Assembly: GCA_038211855.1 (NCBI GenBank)
Contig: JBBQVE010000003.1
Span: 33,907 to 97,906 of the forward strand
Length of the DNA: 64,000 bases
Source: Candidatus Saccharimonadales bacterium
Lineage (GTDB): Bacteria; Patescibacteriota; Saccharimonadia; Saccharimonadales; SZUA-47
Direction of reading: 5' to 3'
Of this stretch, positions 9,641-18,201 are shown piece after piece. How positions within the stretch are numbered: the first letter of the stretch is position 1; each line of letters starts with the position of its first letter. The position numbers and the translations under genes are program-made. The notes under the pieces are model-generated. The model made no database searches and was not told the origin of the DNA. It saw only the letters and a list, made by a program, of their open reading frames with translations.

Positions 9641-10896
9641 AGATACTCATTCTTAATTCATACGTTCGGGAAAACGGCGGCGATGCCGCAATTATGAGTG
9701 TGCATGTCAGGCAGCTGTTTGCGACGTATCCAGGAGCTGTGATTAAGATAAGTAGCCTCGAGGATCCACGCATTCGTGATAGCTATGAGGGCGCTCAAAA
9801 TATCGGCTCAATCCGCAGATATGTAGGACAAGAAGATGTGTCGTTCTTACCACGACTGGGACGCAAGGCACTCAGTCTGCTGGTAGCGCTCTTTTGTTTC
9901 AGAAGTACATTTGTGTCGAAACACTTTTTTATGAATCGCTTCGTTCCGAATGAAATGCGCACCGAACTTGAGGCGCTGCGCGAGGCCGATTTAGTAGTGC
10001 CAGTCGGTGGTGGCCAGCTCAACGCGGTCGGCGGCTTAGGCGGTGATCTCAACGTCTTTTATTTGACGCTGCCTATTCTCTTAGCCGAACGACTCGGTAA
10101 GCCGCTCGTCACTGGTCCGTCGTCTTTTGGTCCATTCGTCGGTATTTTGCAAAAGTGGTTGGTGAGAAAAGCCTTACATAACGCCACACTCGTGATGCTG
10201 CGTGAAGAGATAAGCTACGATTTGCTCGTTCGTTTAGGTGTGTCACCCGCAAAATTACTCCTAACTGTCGACGCAGGCTTTGCATTTACGGCTACTAAGC
10301 GGTTGGATGTTCGCAAAACCTATGGCTTTAAGAAATCTTCAAAAGTTGTGGCGATCACAATGCGCAGCTGGTTTTCTGGTCAGCGACGTGTTGCATTGGA
10401 ACGCTCATTCGCGAGCTTCATTGATGCTCTGCACAACAAAGGCTACGAGGTACTGCTCGTGCCGCAGGTAACAACGCCGTACCGCAAAGATGATGATCGA
10501 CTTTCTGAAGCGCGTATCGCCAGCTATTGTCAGACCAAAATGCCGGTGCTTGTGACTAACGACGCCAATGCAGATACGCTTAAGGCGCTCTATGATGACA
10601 TCGACTTTGTTGTTGGCACTCGCTTCCATTCAGTCATTTTTGCGATTACGAGTTACATACCTTGCATGGCAGTTGAGTATGATCACAAAACCAGCGGCAT
10701 TATGCAGAGTCTCGATTTAGGCGAGTGGGTGATTAACTTAAATGATGTGACATCAACCAATTTAATTAAAATGTTTTCGGCCCTCGAAAATGAGTCGCAC
10801 TCATATGTAAAAACTCTCCGCCGGAAAGTTCCGCAAAAGATCAAAGAGGCTGCGTCGATGGTCGCAACGATGAAAAAGACAGTAGAGCGGCAATAA
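9637..10896 (+). CDS. Polysaccharide pyruvyl transferase family protein (CsaB/WcaK-like)
   Basis: N-terminal ILNSYVRENGGDAAI, VPVGGGQL, and C-terminal VVGTRFHSVIFAITSYIPCMAVEYDHKT match the pyruvyl-transferase family pattern. ATGA overlap with the upstream gene. Confidence 0.7.
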   Translation: MKILILNSYVRENGGDAAIMSVHVRQLFATYPGAVIKISSLEDPRIRDSYEGAQNIGSIRRYVGQEDVSFLPRLGRKALSLLVALFCFRSTFVSKHFFMNRFVPNEMRTELEALREADLVVPVGGGQLNAVGGLGGDLNVFYLTLPILLAERLGKPLVTGPSSFGPFVGILQKWLVRKALHNATLVMLREEISYDLLVRLGVSPAKLLLTVDAGFAFTATKRLDVRKTYGFKKSSKVVAITMRSWFSGQRRVALERSFASFIDALHNKGYEVLLVPQVTTPYRKDDDRLSEARIASYCQTKMPVLVTNDANADTLKALYDDIDFVVGTRFHSVIFAITSYIPCMAVEYDHKTSGIMQSLDLGEWVINLNDVTSTNLIKMFSALENESHSYVKTLRRKVPQKIKEAASMVATMKKTVERQ

Positions 10897-12103
10897 GCAG
10901 GCCAGAAAATGCATTACCAAGTAGCCAAGCCAGGCCGATCCAGACGAGTCCTCGGCCAGCCCACGCATAGGCAAGTGAACAGATGATACCAGCATAAACA
11001 GTGTTAACAACGACGATCTGACGCACCCGTTTATAGATACGAAGCATTGAACAGCCAAAGATATACGCCGCCACAAACGGACCGCTTAAGGCAAAGACAA
11101 GAAGTAGCGCATGGCCATGCAGACTATAGGTATGACCAAACAGCTTCAGCAGAGTCGGGCCAAGCAAACCAAATAGCACTGACGCAGGAATCATGACAAG
11201 CGCCAGTGCGCTGGCCGCTTTCCGCGCCAGAGCTTTCGTACTCATCTGCGCATATGACCCCTCCGCAAAAGTTGACTGTGAAAGGGCATAGGAAATGCTG
11301 TAGAGCAAATTCGCCATCATAAAGGCCAAGTAGTAAAAACCGGCGGCTTCGTCGCCTAGTTTGTTGATAATAATCAGCGGCAACAAAAGGACCGGCAATA
11401 TGTTGAGTACGTTTGCAGCATAACTTAAAGAAGAATATGACACGACTTCGCGCAAAGTTTTTTTGTTGATCCTAAACTGAGGCACATATCCAAATCTTCG
11501 TATCAGCAGAAAAATACTCATGATCATGGCAACCGTTACAGCAATGCCGGCCGAAGCATAAATACCAAAGGCTCCAAAACCAACGAGCAGCACAGGGAGG
11601 GATACTTGTACCAAACTTGAAATCACTCCATCGACAAAAAAGTTATAGATTGAGGCGCGGTAGGCAATGAAAATACTATCTGTCACGAGATTTATGGCTG
11701 ATCCAGCAACAAGAATAATAAAAGCCACGGCATAGTACCAGTGCTCATGCAGCATATACAGTTTTGGAGTGATAAAGGGGACAAAAAAGGCGTACAATCC
11801 GGCGACAAATAGGCCCGCCAATAAGACTAGAATTAGGCCAGTATCGACTTCCTGACTACGCCGTTTGCTCTGTGGCAGGAAGTGAATGAAGGTCGTATTG
11901 AAACCGAGTAGTGACAAGTAGGAGATAAAGCTCATGGCTGAAATAAGGGTTGAGGCAATGCCCACCTGAGCCGGCGTGTAATAATGCGCAACCAGCAGCC
12001 AAAATACAAAACCAAAGGCTGCCATCGTAGCGGTTGAAAGGAGGAGATAAAATGAGTTGCGGAACAGGGGGTCTTCCAGCAGCTGTCGGAGTCTTTTTTT
12101 CAA
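10841..12103 (-). CDS. Wzx-like oligosaccharide flippase (MOP superfamily polysaccharide biosynthesis protein)
   Basis: 420 aa with 12-14 hydrophobic helices and the N-terminal pattern LFRNSFYLLLSTATMAAFGFVFWLLVA. Convergent 56-nt overlap with 9637..10896. Confidence 0.75.
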   Translation of the reverse strand: MKKRLRQLLEDPLFRNSFYLLLSTATMAAFGFVFWLLVAHYYTPAQVGIASTLISAMSFISYLSLLGFNTTFIHFLPQSKRRSQEVDTGLILVLLAGLFVAGLYAFFVPFITPKLYMLHEHWYYAVAFIILVAGSAINLVTDSIFIAYRASIYNFFVDGVISSLVQVSLPVLLVGFGAFGIYASAGIAVTVAMIMSIFLLIRRFGYVPQFRINKKTLREVVSYSSLSYAANVLNILPVLLLPLIIINKLGDEAAGFYYLAFMMANLLYSISYALSQSTFAEGSYAQMSTKALARKAASALALVMIPASVLFGLLGPTLLKLFGHTYSLHGHALLLVFALSGPFVAAYIFGCSMLRIYKRVRQIVVVNTVYAGIICSLAYAWAGRGLVWIGLAWLLGNAFSGLLIAALLSFSSLRPSTQPL

Positions 12104-12212
12104 GGGCCGCCTGCTAAATTATTGCTTTATATCACCAATAAGTATATAGCATCTCTTCGTACCTGTCACTTGCAAAAACATCGTTCGACATCTGTTAGAA
12201 TAGTAACCATAA

Positions 12213-13514
12213 GTGAAACTATCCAGAAGTAAAAATTTGTGGCATACATTAAAGCTTCAGTATGTAGTTTTGATAAACCTCGGCTTTGTTCTGTGCGGAA
12301 TGGTCGTTGCGGTCGGACACGGACCTGTCGCTTTTGCACCCGGTCATGCTGAGCTAGATAGTCAGAGGTCGGTATCGGATATGGCGGCCTGGGCCGACCG
12401 CGCTTCAACTGCAGCTACTCTACAGGCACTTGCCAGCAAAAATGCCACGGTCGGCAAAATAGTGCCACTAACAGTGGCTCCACTGAAAGCGATACAAGCG
12501 CTGAAGGGCTTTGGCGTGGCCACCAGCGATACGCTGCCGTGGCTCAGTAGTGCAGCACTTGATGCCGAACTAAAAGACCTCTCGAACCTAGGGTTTACGT
12601 GGATACGGATGGATTTTGACTGGCACAACATCCAACCAGATAATGCAGCAAGTTTTGATTTTGCACCCTATGACAAAGTTGCGCTCGCCGCATCAAAGTA
12701 CAACATAAAAATTATGGGCATGATCGCCTACACGCCGGTATGGGCGCGACCAGCCACCTGCACGGTGCAGACGACATGTGCACCAGCTCACCCATCAGAA
12801 TATGCGACGTTCGCAGCAGCGCTCGCCACGCGTTACAGTAAGCTTGGTGTCAACACATGGGAGATATGGAACGAGCCAAACCTACAAGGCGCTTGGCGGC
12901 CAGCGCCAAGTGCAACCGACTATACGGCGCTACTAAAGGCGGCCTATGCTGCCATCAAGCAGGCCGACGCTAGCGCAACCGTCGTCAGTGGCGGCATCAG
13001 CTCTGTTGATGAAGGTGCCGCCAGTATTAATCAGCTGACCTTCTTAAACGATATGTATCAAGCTGGAGCACGTGGATCGTTTGACTCGTTGGGCTATCAT
13101 TCATATTCTTATCCAGCGGTGCCTGACGAAGTGCAGTCGTGGAGTGGCTGGTCGATGATGAACGACCTGTCGGTGTCACTCCGTTCAATCATGGCGGTCA
13201 ATGGCGATGGCGCCAAACAAATCTGGTCTACTGAGTATGGTGCGCCAACCAACGGGCCGGGCAATCAGGCAACAGAAAGTGGCTACGACTCGGCAGCAGG
13301 TAACTATTACGTAAGCGAGGGACTGCAGGCCAAAATGGCTGCTCAAGCAATCACCGATACACGAGCCGCCTCATGGGCTGGACCACTGTTTTGGTACAGC
13401 TACAAAGACCTCAGCACCGATACAAGCAGTAGTGAGAATTTCTTTGGCATATTAAGAACAGATGGCTCCAAAAAACCGGCTTATACGACCTTTCAATCAA
13501 TGCTCAAAAACTAA
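12213..13514 (+). CDS. Secreted glycoside hydrolase, clan GH-A (GH5-like TIM barrel)
   Basis: Hydrophobic N-terminal signal/anchor. WEIWNEPN (acid/base Glu) and WSTEYGAPT (nucleophile Glu) motifs. GTG start 11 nt after a TGTTAGAAT -10. Confidence 0.65.
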   Translation: MKLSRSKNLWHTLKLQYVVLINLGFVLCGMVVAVGHGPVAFAPGHAELDSQRSVSDMAAWADRASTAATLQALASKNATVGKIVPLTVAPLKAIQALKGFGVATSDTLPWLSSAALDAELKDLSNLGFTWIRMDFDWHNIQPDNAASFDFAPYDKVALAASKYNIKIMGMIAYTPVWARPATCTVQTTCAPAHPSEYATFAAALATRYSKLGVNTWEIWNEPNLQGAWRPAPSATDYTALLKAAYAAIKQADASATVVSGGISSVDEGAASINQLTFLNDMYQAGARGSFDSLGYHSYSYPAVPDEVQSWSGWSMMNDLSVSLRSIMAVNGDGAKQIWSTEYGAPTNGPGNQATESGYDSAAGNYYVSEGLQAKMAAQAITDTRAASWAGPLFWYSYKDLSTDTSSSENFFGILRTDGSKKPAYTTFQSMLKN

Positions 13515-13630
13515 GAATGCGTCGGGTGCTTGTACACCATAGCGCGTAGGTCGGCCCAGTCTTTCTGAAAACTCTTAGGCATAGCTTTGTATTGCTGAAG
13601 GGCTATTTTGTTCCAGTTAACTTTTCCCAT
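13511..13630 (-). CDS. Small hypothetical protein (39 aa)
   Basis: Below the ORF-track cutoff. AAGGAG sits 6 nt upstream of the ATG. Product MGKVNWNKIALQQYKAMPKSFQKDWADLRAMVYKHPTHS. 4-nt convergent overlap with the 12213..13514 stop. Confidence 0.4.
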   Translation of the reverse strand: MGKVNWNKIALQQYKAMPKSFQKDWADLRAMVYKHPTHS

Positions 13631-13809
13631 TGTATACTCCTTCATTACTTACAATAGTATGAGCTGCTCAAGCTTAGAATGCAGTAAGAAATGACACTCA
13701 TCGTCCCGCAAAAAATCCTAGTTAACGTATGATGTAGAAAAAACAAATTCGTTGCGTAATAGGTATGAGGTATATAATGAAATTGACAGTTAACTCTTAA
13801 GGAGGGTAT

Positions 13810-14988
13810 ATGAAAATAAAGAACATCGCAGGGCTTCTCGCCAGTGTCTTGGTGGTCCCAACGCTCGTTCCGATTGCCGTACATGCGCTTCCGGCGCCTG
13901 TAACGACGGTCATTGTTCGACCATCGAACACGCAGGGCTGGGGTTTCAACTTGGATTCAACCACTAGTACGCCATACACGTTTACGAACGATCAGCACAG
14001 TATTGGCGCAGGGAGCTTATATGTTCCACCAATATCTACCACTGCAGCAGATAAATTTATAGCAATTAAGCCACTAAATATGCCAGCAGCGGATCTTACG
14101 AATATTGCGTATGACTTTATGGTGGCAGGCAACGGTACTGCAGCTAGCGCACATCAGTTCTATCTAAATATCTATGTGAATCAACCTACATCTACAAAGT
14201 ATTACGACTGTAGGTTTGATTACGTTCCAGCGACGGGTTCAACCGCAGGCTTTACGACGGCATCATTTGCCTCGACTGTCACTCCTACGGTCGTTGCACG
14301 CCATTCTGGTTCACCGGCTTGTCCTTCAACATTAGCAGGAATGCCCACAGGAAGTACTGTATCTGTCGTGGCGCTCAATTTAGGCGATTCAAGCGCAAAT
14401 GATGCAGGATTGGCTGGATATTTTGATAAGGTCGTTATAGCGACAACGACAAATACGACAACATACGATTTCGAAAAAGATCTTACATATCCAGCATCGA
14501 GGGATGACTGCAAAAATAATGGGTGGATGACATTTACTGGCGGAGATTTCGATAATCAGGGCAGTTGTGTAAAGTACGTCAACAAGCACAGTCATACAGT
14601 CAAAGGCCATGTAGCATACAACGCGTATAGTCCACTCATGCGCGAAGCAACGTTCAATATGGACACAGCAAGCAATAGTGGCTTCTTCCACTATGTAGAC
14701 ACAACCCCAAAGACATTAACTCAACCGACCTTGCACAACAAGTACACGGTAAAAGTTAGTTCTGTAAAAGTAGCGGGCGATGACGCATGGTTTGCGGGTG
14801 TTGTGACGAGCGCGACGAATCCCTCTTGGGTTGGTCAATGGCTATTCGCAAAAGTATCTGATGGTATGCCGGATAAATTGTCCGATAGCTTCACTACAGA
14901 AACAACAGCACTGAATGGTGTTGCTAACAAGACAAACCCAGCAGATGGACCATTTAACGTGCTCAGCGGAGATTTAAAAGTTAATTAG
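13810..14988 (+). CDS. Secreted hypothetical protein
   Basis: AAGGAGGG SD. Signal peptide MKIKNIAGLLASVLVVPTLVPIAVHA. No recognisable domain. Followed by a strong terminator. Confidence 0.65.
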   Translation: MKIKNIAGLLASVLVVPTLVPIAVHALPAPVTTVIVRPSNTQGWGFNLDSTTSTPYTFTNDQHSIGAGSLYVPPISTTAADKFIAIKPLNMPAADLTNIAYDFMVAGNGTAASAHQFYLNIYVNQPTSTKYYDCRFDYVPATGSTAGFTTASFASTVTPTVVARHSGSPACPSTLAGMPTGSTVSVVALNLGDSSANDAGLAGYFDKVVIATTTNTTTYDFEKDLTYPASRDDCKNNGWMTFTGGDFDNQGSCVKYVNKHSHTVKGHVAYNAYSPLMREATFNMDTASNSGFFHYVDTTPKTLTQPTLHNKYTVKVSSVKVAGDDAWFAGVVTSATNPSWVGQWLFAKVSDGMPDKLSDSFTTETTALNGVANKTNPADGPFNVLSGDLKVN

Positions 14989-15014
14989 TCATATGCAACA
15001 ATCAAACTAAAAAA

Positions 15015-15036
15015 GCGGCAGATATGCCGCTTTTTT
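15015..15036 (+). terminator. Rho-independent terminator
   Basis: GCGGCA-gata-TGCCGC followed by TTTTTT. Confidence 0.7.
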
Positions 15037-15037
15037 A

Positions 15038-15154
15038 GTGGTGAGCTTAGCTGGATTTGACCGGAACCAAGCTTTGACACGACTGTTCACTTCATATACC
15101 ACTTACAGCGACCACTATGCACACTTCTTAATAGCACTACCTCAGTGTCATTGA
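15038..15154 (+). repeat. Tail unit U-Ile-1 (att-like module; family of six in this window)
   Basis: Starts with GTGGTG (mimic of the tRNA-Ile2 CCA end, reverse strand). The open frame reads VVSLAGFDRNQALTRLFTSYTTYSDHYAHFLIALPQCH*. 15082-15158 is ~85% identical to 16084-16161. Confidence 0.6.
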
Positions 15155-15238
15155 ATCAGTGATTATGTGAGTAACTGGTATCGATTACTTTACTGCTATA
15201 TTAGTAGCTAGTAGTGGACGCACTTCGAACTTTTAAGG

Positions 15239-15499
15239 CTACTTCGACGTTGACTGATGAAGAATCGAGGCAGCTAGTGTTTGATATGGCAAACCTTCTT
15301 TTGCGGCACGAGCCTTGAGCTTGTAAACATCTCGTTCAGAGAGTCTAATGTTGATATTCATTGTTTTATTTAGAGAGTTTTTGGCTATTTTAACTGCTTC
15401 ACGCTTTACAGCTTCGACATGCTCAACAGATACAAACTCGCCAGTTTCAAAATCTTCGAGTATTTTCTGTTCTTCCTTATCTAGATCGTAATCTTTCAC
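15239..15499 (-). CDS. brnA: BrnA-like / CopG (RHH) antitoxin
   Basis: 86 aa. The C-terminal NINIRLSERDVYKLKARAAKEGLPYQTLAASILHQ is the typical RHH antitoxin signature. 4-nt overlap with the upstream toxin gene. Confidence 0.7.
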   Translation of the reverse strand: MKDYDLDKEEQKILEDFETGEFVSVEHVEAVKREAVKIAKNSLNKTMNINIRLSERDVYKLKARAAKEGLPYQTLAASILHQSTSK

Positions 15500-15777
15500 T
15501 GTGTTTCTCCTTTCAAATATTTTTTCGTGGCTCTTCGGCTTGGGATAATTGTCTTTAGAAATATTTTTTCGTCATCCTCAACAAACGGTACAAGGTATAC
15601 ATATTCGGCAATTTGTACAATGTACACTTTTTGCTTTGGATATTTAAGGTAATTGGGGTGGGTCTCAACACTAAGTAAACGACCATCATTAATCGCTACG
15701 AGTACATCCTCAAAACAGATTTCACGCTCAGTTAAAAGTTCAACGTTTTTTTGTTTATTCCAATCATAATACCTCAC
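15496..15777 (-). CDS. brnT: BrnT-like (DUF497) toxin
   Basis: 93 aa. YDWNKQKNVELLTEREICFEDV ... IFLKTIIPSRRATKKY fits the BrnT pattern (WD..K...N......FE...........SAR.A...E...Y). Toxin-first order as in brnTA. Confidence 0.65.
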   Translation of the reverse strand: MRYYDWNKQKNVELLTEREICFEDVLVAINDGRLLSVETHPNYLKYPKQKVYIVQIAEYVYLVPFVEDDEKIFLKTIIPSRRATKKYLKGETQ

Positions 15778-15783
15778 TATATA

Positions 15784-15812
15784 ATTTTATGACATAACAT
15801 ATGATTAGTCAA
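15784..15812 (-). promoter_or_regulatory. Promoter of the brnTA module with a palindromic operator in the spacer
   Basis: On the minus strand: TTGACT-N17-TAAAAT. The spacer and -35 form the imperfect palindrome TGACTAATCATATGTTATGTCA. Confidence 0.5.
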
Positions 15813-16039
15813 TTTGATACTGGATTAAGTAAATATAAATGGTTTCGGTTAAATCTGAAGCCATAGTCTTAGGAGTGTCAGTTCTGGAACCAAACATTTG
15901 ATACGGATGAAGACTATGGCATTAGTGAAATTCGTCTCAAGATAGATGGAGAGCTAAGGAGAGTAGAGTTGAACCATTTTACTTCTAAGGTCGAAGTAGC
16001 ATAGGTTATAGTGTATGACTTTAACAGATACAAAGATGT

Positions 16040-16168
16040 CTGGTGGGCTTTAATGGATTTCATTGGAATCAAGTATTGTCACAACTGTCCACTTTATATA
16101 CTACTTACAGCGATCTATTAAGTACACTTCTTAATGACACTACCTCAGTGTCATTGAATCAACGCTAG
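16040..16168 (+). repeat. Tail unit U-Ile-2 (att-like module)
   Basis: Starts with CTGGTGGGC (mimic of the tRNA-Ile2 3' end). The open frame reads LVGFNGFHWNQVLSQLSTLYTTYSDLLSTLLNDTTSVSLNQR*. Contains the 9-bp stem AATGACACT-acctc-AGTGTCATT. Confidence 0.6.
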
Positions 16169-16231
16169 CGCCATATTGAGCTACAATAGTGGCCATCGAT
16201 GCTTATGAAAACCCTAACTACTTAAATCTTA

Positions 16232-17158
16232 CTATTGGAAATAAGGAAAGCCCCACCACTCATTAGCATTACACGTAATCATATGTTTATCGAGTAGACC
16301 AATTTTCGACATCTCATCTTCGCTTAATTCAAAGTTTGTAATAGAAAAATTTTCCTTGATTCTCTCTGGGCTAGTAGCTTTAGGTATAGCTGGAGTTTCT
16401 CTTTGATATGCCCAACGCAGCGCAACTTGTGCGACAGTTTTCTTATGGGCATCAGCTATCTCGATCATAGTTTCATCTTTAAGAACCGGATTACCCGATG
16501 AACTTAGAGGAGAATAGGCTGTTACGACCACGCCTTGAGATTTGCAAAACTTTATCAGATCATTCTGAGCATGATAAGGGTGCACTTCTATTTGATTCAT
16601 AACTGGCTTCGTCTTGGCATAATTCAACAGATCAATTAGCATTGCCGCACTGTAATTCGCAACGCCTATAGACTTAGCAAGGTTCTTGCTAGCCAAGTTT
16701 TCCATTGCACGCCATGTTTCCTGTAGTGGTACGTGTGCAAAACGTACAAGACCGTTTTCACCAAGTGGCTCAAGATCGCCTCCATACTCAAATGCTACAG
16801 CCCAGTGCATTAGGTATAGATCAAGATATTCCACTTGCAAATCTTGTAGTGTCTTCGTGTGGGCTTCATAGACATGGTCTGGTGCATGATCTGTATTCCA
16901 AAGCTTACTGGTAATGAATAGCTCCTCGCGCGTTACCAGACCATCTGCAATCGCTTGATGTATACCTTCACCAACTTCCGTCTCGTTACCATATACAGAT
17001 GCACAATCTATGTGTCGGTAGCCAGTTTTTATCGCATCCACAATGGACTGTTTTGCAGTATTTTTTGATAAGTTCCAAGTTCCAAAACCGAGCATTGGCA
17101 CTATAGCGTTATTGCTGAGGGTAATTTTATCCATAGGATAATTATTCCATAAAACCAT
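16232..17158 (-). CDS. Aldo-keto reductase (AKR family, 2,5-diketo-D-gluconate reductase-like)
   Basis: LSNNAIVPMLGFGTWN...GYRHIDCASVYGNE...LFITSKLWN...LDLYLMHW...IPKATSPERIKENF are classic AKR motifs. The start may be ATG 17134 (MDKITLSNN...). Confidence 0.85.
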   Translation of the reverse strand: MVLWNNYPMDKITLSNNAIVPMLGFGTWNLSKNTAKQSIVDAIKTGYRHIDCASVYGNETEVGEGIHQAIADGLVTREELFITSKLWNTDHAPDHVYEAHTKTLQDLQVEYLDLYLMHWAVAFEYGGDLEPLGENGLVRFAHVPLQETWRAMENLASKNLAKSIGVANYSAAMLIDLLNYAKTKPVMNQIEVHPYHAQNDLIKFCKSQGVVVTAYSPLSSSGNPVLKDETMIEIADAHKKTVAQVALRWAYQRETPAIPKATSPERIKENFSITNFELSEDEMSKIGLLDKHMITCNANEWWGFPYFQ

Positions 17159-17327
17159 TAAGTTAAGTAGCCCCTAGTAGACGCTCTTAGTACTTTTAGA
17201 CGTTGTGCCGTTTTATGAAAATATATCAGCGCTAGCGAGCAGGGAAGAGTGTATTTGAACCACTTAACACCTTTTGCGAAAGGATCACGAAAATTTTTAC
17301 TTATGTGTAACAGATTCAAACCGCTTA

Positions 17328-17403
17328 TGGTGGGGGTGGATGGACTTGAACCATCGACCAAAGGATTATGAGTCCTCTGCTCTAACCACTGAGCTACACC
17401 CCC
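17328..17403 (-). tRNA. tRNA-Ile2 (anticodon CAU, lysidine-type), CCA encoded
   Basis: Reverse complement GGGGGTGTAGCTCAGTGGTTAGAGCAGAGGACTCATAATCCTTTGGTCGATGGTTCAAGTCCATCCACCCCCACCA folds as a 76-nt cloverleaf. It closely resembles my recollection of E. coli ileX. A Met identity cannot be excluded from sequence alone. Confidence 0.85.
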
Positions 17404-17486
17404 GTCATGAGGACAACCATCTGAATGGTTTTCTTCGTCGTTGAGAACAGATTAGATTATAGCAAAAAGAGTATAATGATGCTGGT

Positions 17487-17957
17487 ATGTTAAAAAAAAT
17501 AAAAAGTTTGCCGTCCAACGTGGCCGGCATTATCAAGAAATACCAGCTCACTGATGTACGCAACATTGGTCTGGTGATTTTTGGCGTAATAGCCGCGACG
17601 GTCACGTGGAGCGGTGCCAAAGCCATCGAACTGAACTTCCAGTTGCAGAAACAAGTTGTTGTTCTGCAGGAACAAAACAAGGTCCAGGATCTACAGAACC
17701 AAACGCAGGAACTTAAAAATGAGTACTACAAAACCGACGAATACAAAGAGCTCGCCGCACGCCGCTTATTTGGAAAAGCAGCGCCCGGCGAGCAAGTCTA
17801 TGTGGTGCCTAAAGATGTCGCGCTCAAATACGTTTCTCCCGTGAACGGCACAACCAGTGTGCCAGTGGTCGCGGCGAGTCCGGTAAAATTACCAGCCTAC
17901 CAGCAACACGTCCAGGATTGGCTCGACTTTTTCTTCCATCGAAGCCCGAGCGTCTAA
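17487..17957 (+). CDS. FtsB/DivIC-family septum formation initiator
   Basis: N-terminal TM helix, Q/E-rich coiled coil, then DEYKELAARRLFGKAAPGEQVYVVP (typical DivIC/FtsB C-terminal motif). Confidence 0.6.
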   Translation: MLKKIKSLPSNVAGIIKKYQLTDVRNIGLVIFGVIAATVTWSGAKAIELNFQLQKQVVVLQEQNKVQDLQNQTQELKNEYYKTDEYKELAARRLFGKAAPGEQVYVVPKDVALKYVSPVNGTTSVPVVAASPVKLPAYQQHVQDWLDFFFHRSPSV

Positions 17958-18103
17958 ACGTCGGAGCGTCGGCCGGAAATCAAGTGGACGATAAGAACGA
18001 TGATGCCTACAACAAGCACGAGGTGTATGAGTCCGCCTCCAATATGACCGAGTAAGCCGAGAAACCATAGTATTCCGAGAACGATTGCGACGTATAAAAG
18101 CAT
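17954..18103 (-). CDS. lmo0937-family small membrane protein (49 aa)
   Basis: Below the ORF cutoff. AAGGAG SD then ATG. MLLYVAIVLGILWFLGLLGHIGGGLIHLVLVVGIIVLIVHLISGRRSDV matches the GHIGGGLIHLLLV...GRR pattern of this family. Confidence 0.6.
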   Translation of the reverse strand: MLLYVAIVLGILWFLGLLGHIGGGLIHLVLVVGIIVLIVHLISGRRSDV

Positions 18104-18201
18104 AATTTATCTCCTTATTAATTTATGCCAGCAGTATGCACTATGCACTTTAGGCGTGCAGTAAAGAAAATTACTGCGATCATACAGGGTATACTTTAGG
18201 T

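Larger units (their letters stand above)
15038..17327. mobile_element. Two tandem cargo cassettes inserted at the 3' end of tRNA-Ile2 (no recombinase retained)
   Basis: The region lies between the tRNA 3' end (17328) and a degenerate copy of that end (TGGTGAGCTTAGCTGGATTTGACC, 15039-15062, 17/24 match). It is split by a second copy at 16041-16070. Each cassette ends in a tail unit (15038-15154, 16040-16168). Hand counts of sample lines give about 33-40% G+C. Confidence 0.5.

Noticed and set aside
13511-13630. Whether the 39-aa ORF is a seventh member of the tail-unit family, because of its NWNKI motif.
   Set aside because: No tRNA-like TGGTA core sits 23 nt upstream (the distance from ATGGGA to TGGAAC is 15 nt). 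There is no adjacent tRNA or cassette structure. The similarity is limited to about 5 residues and is probably coincidental.
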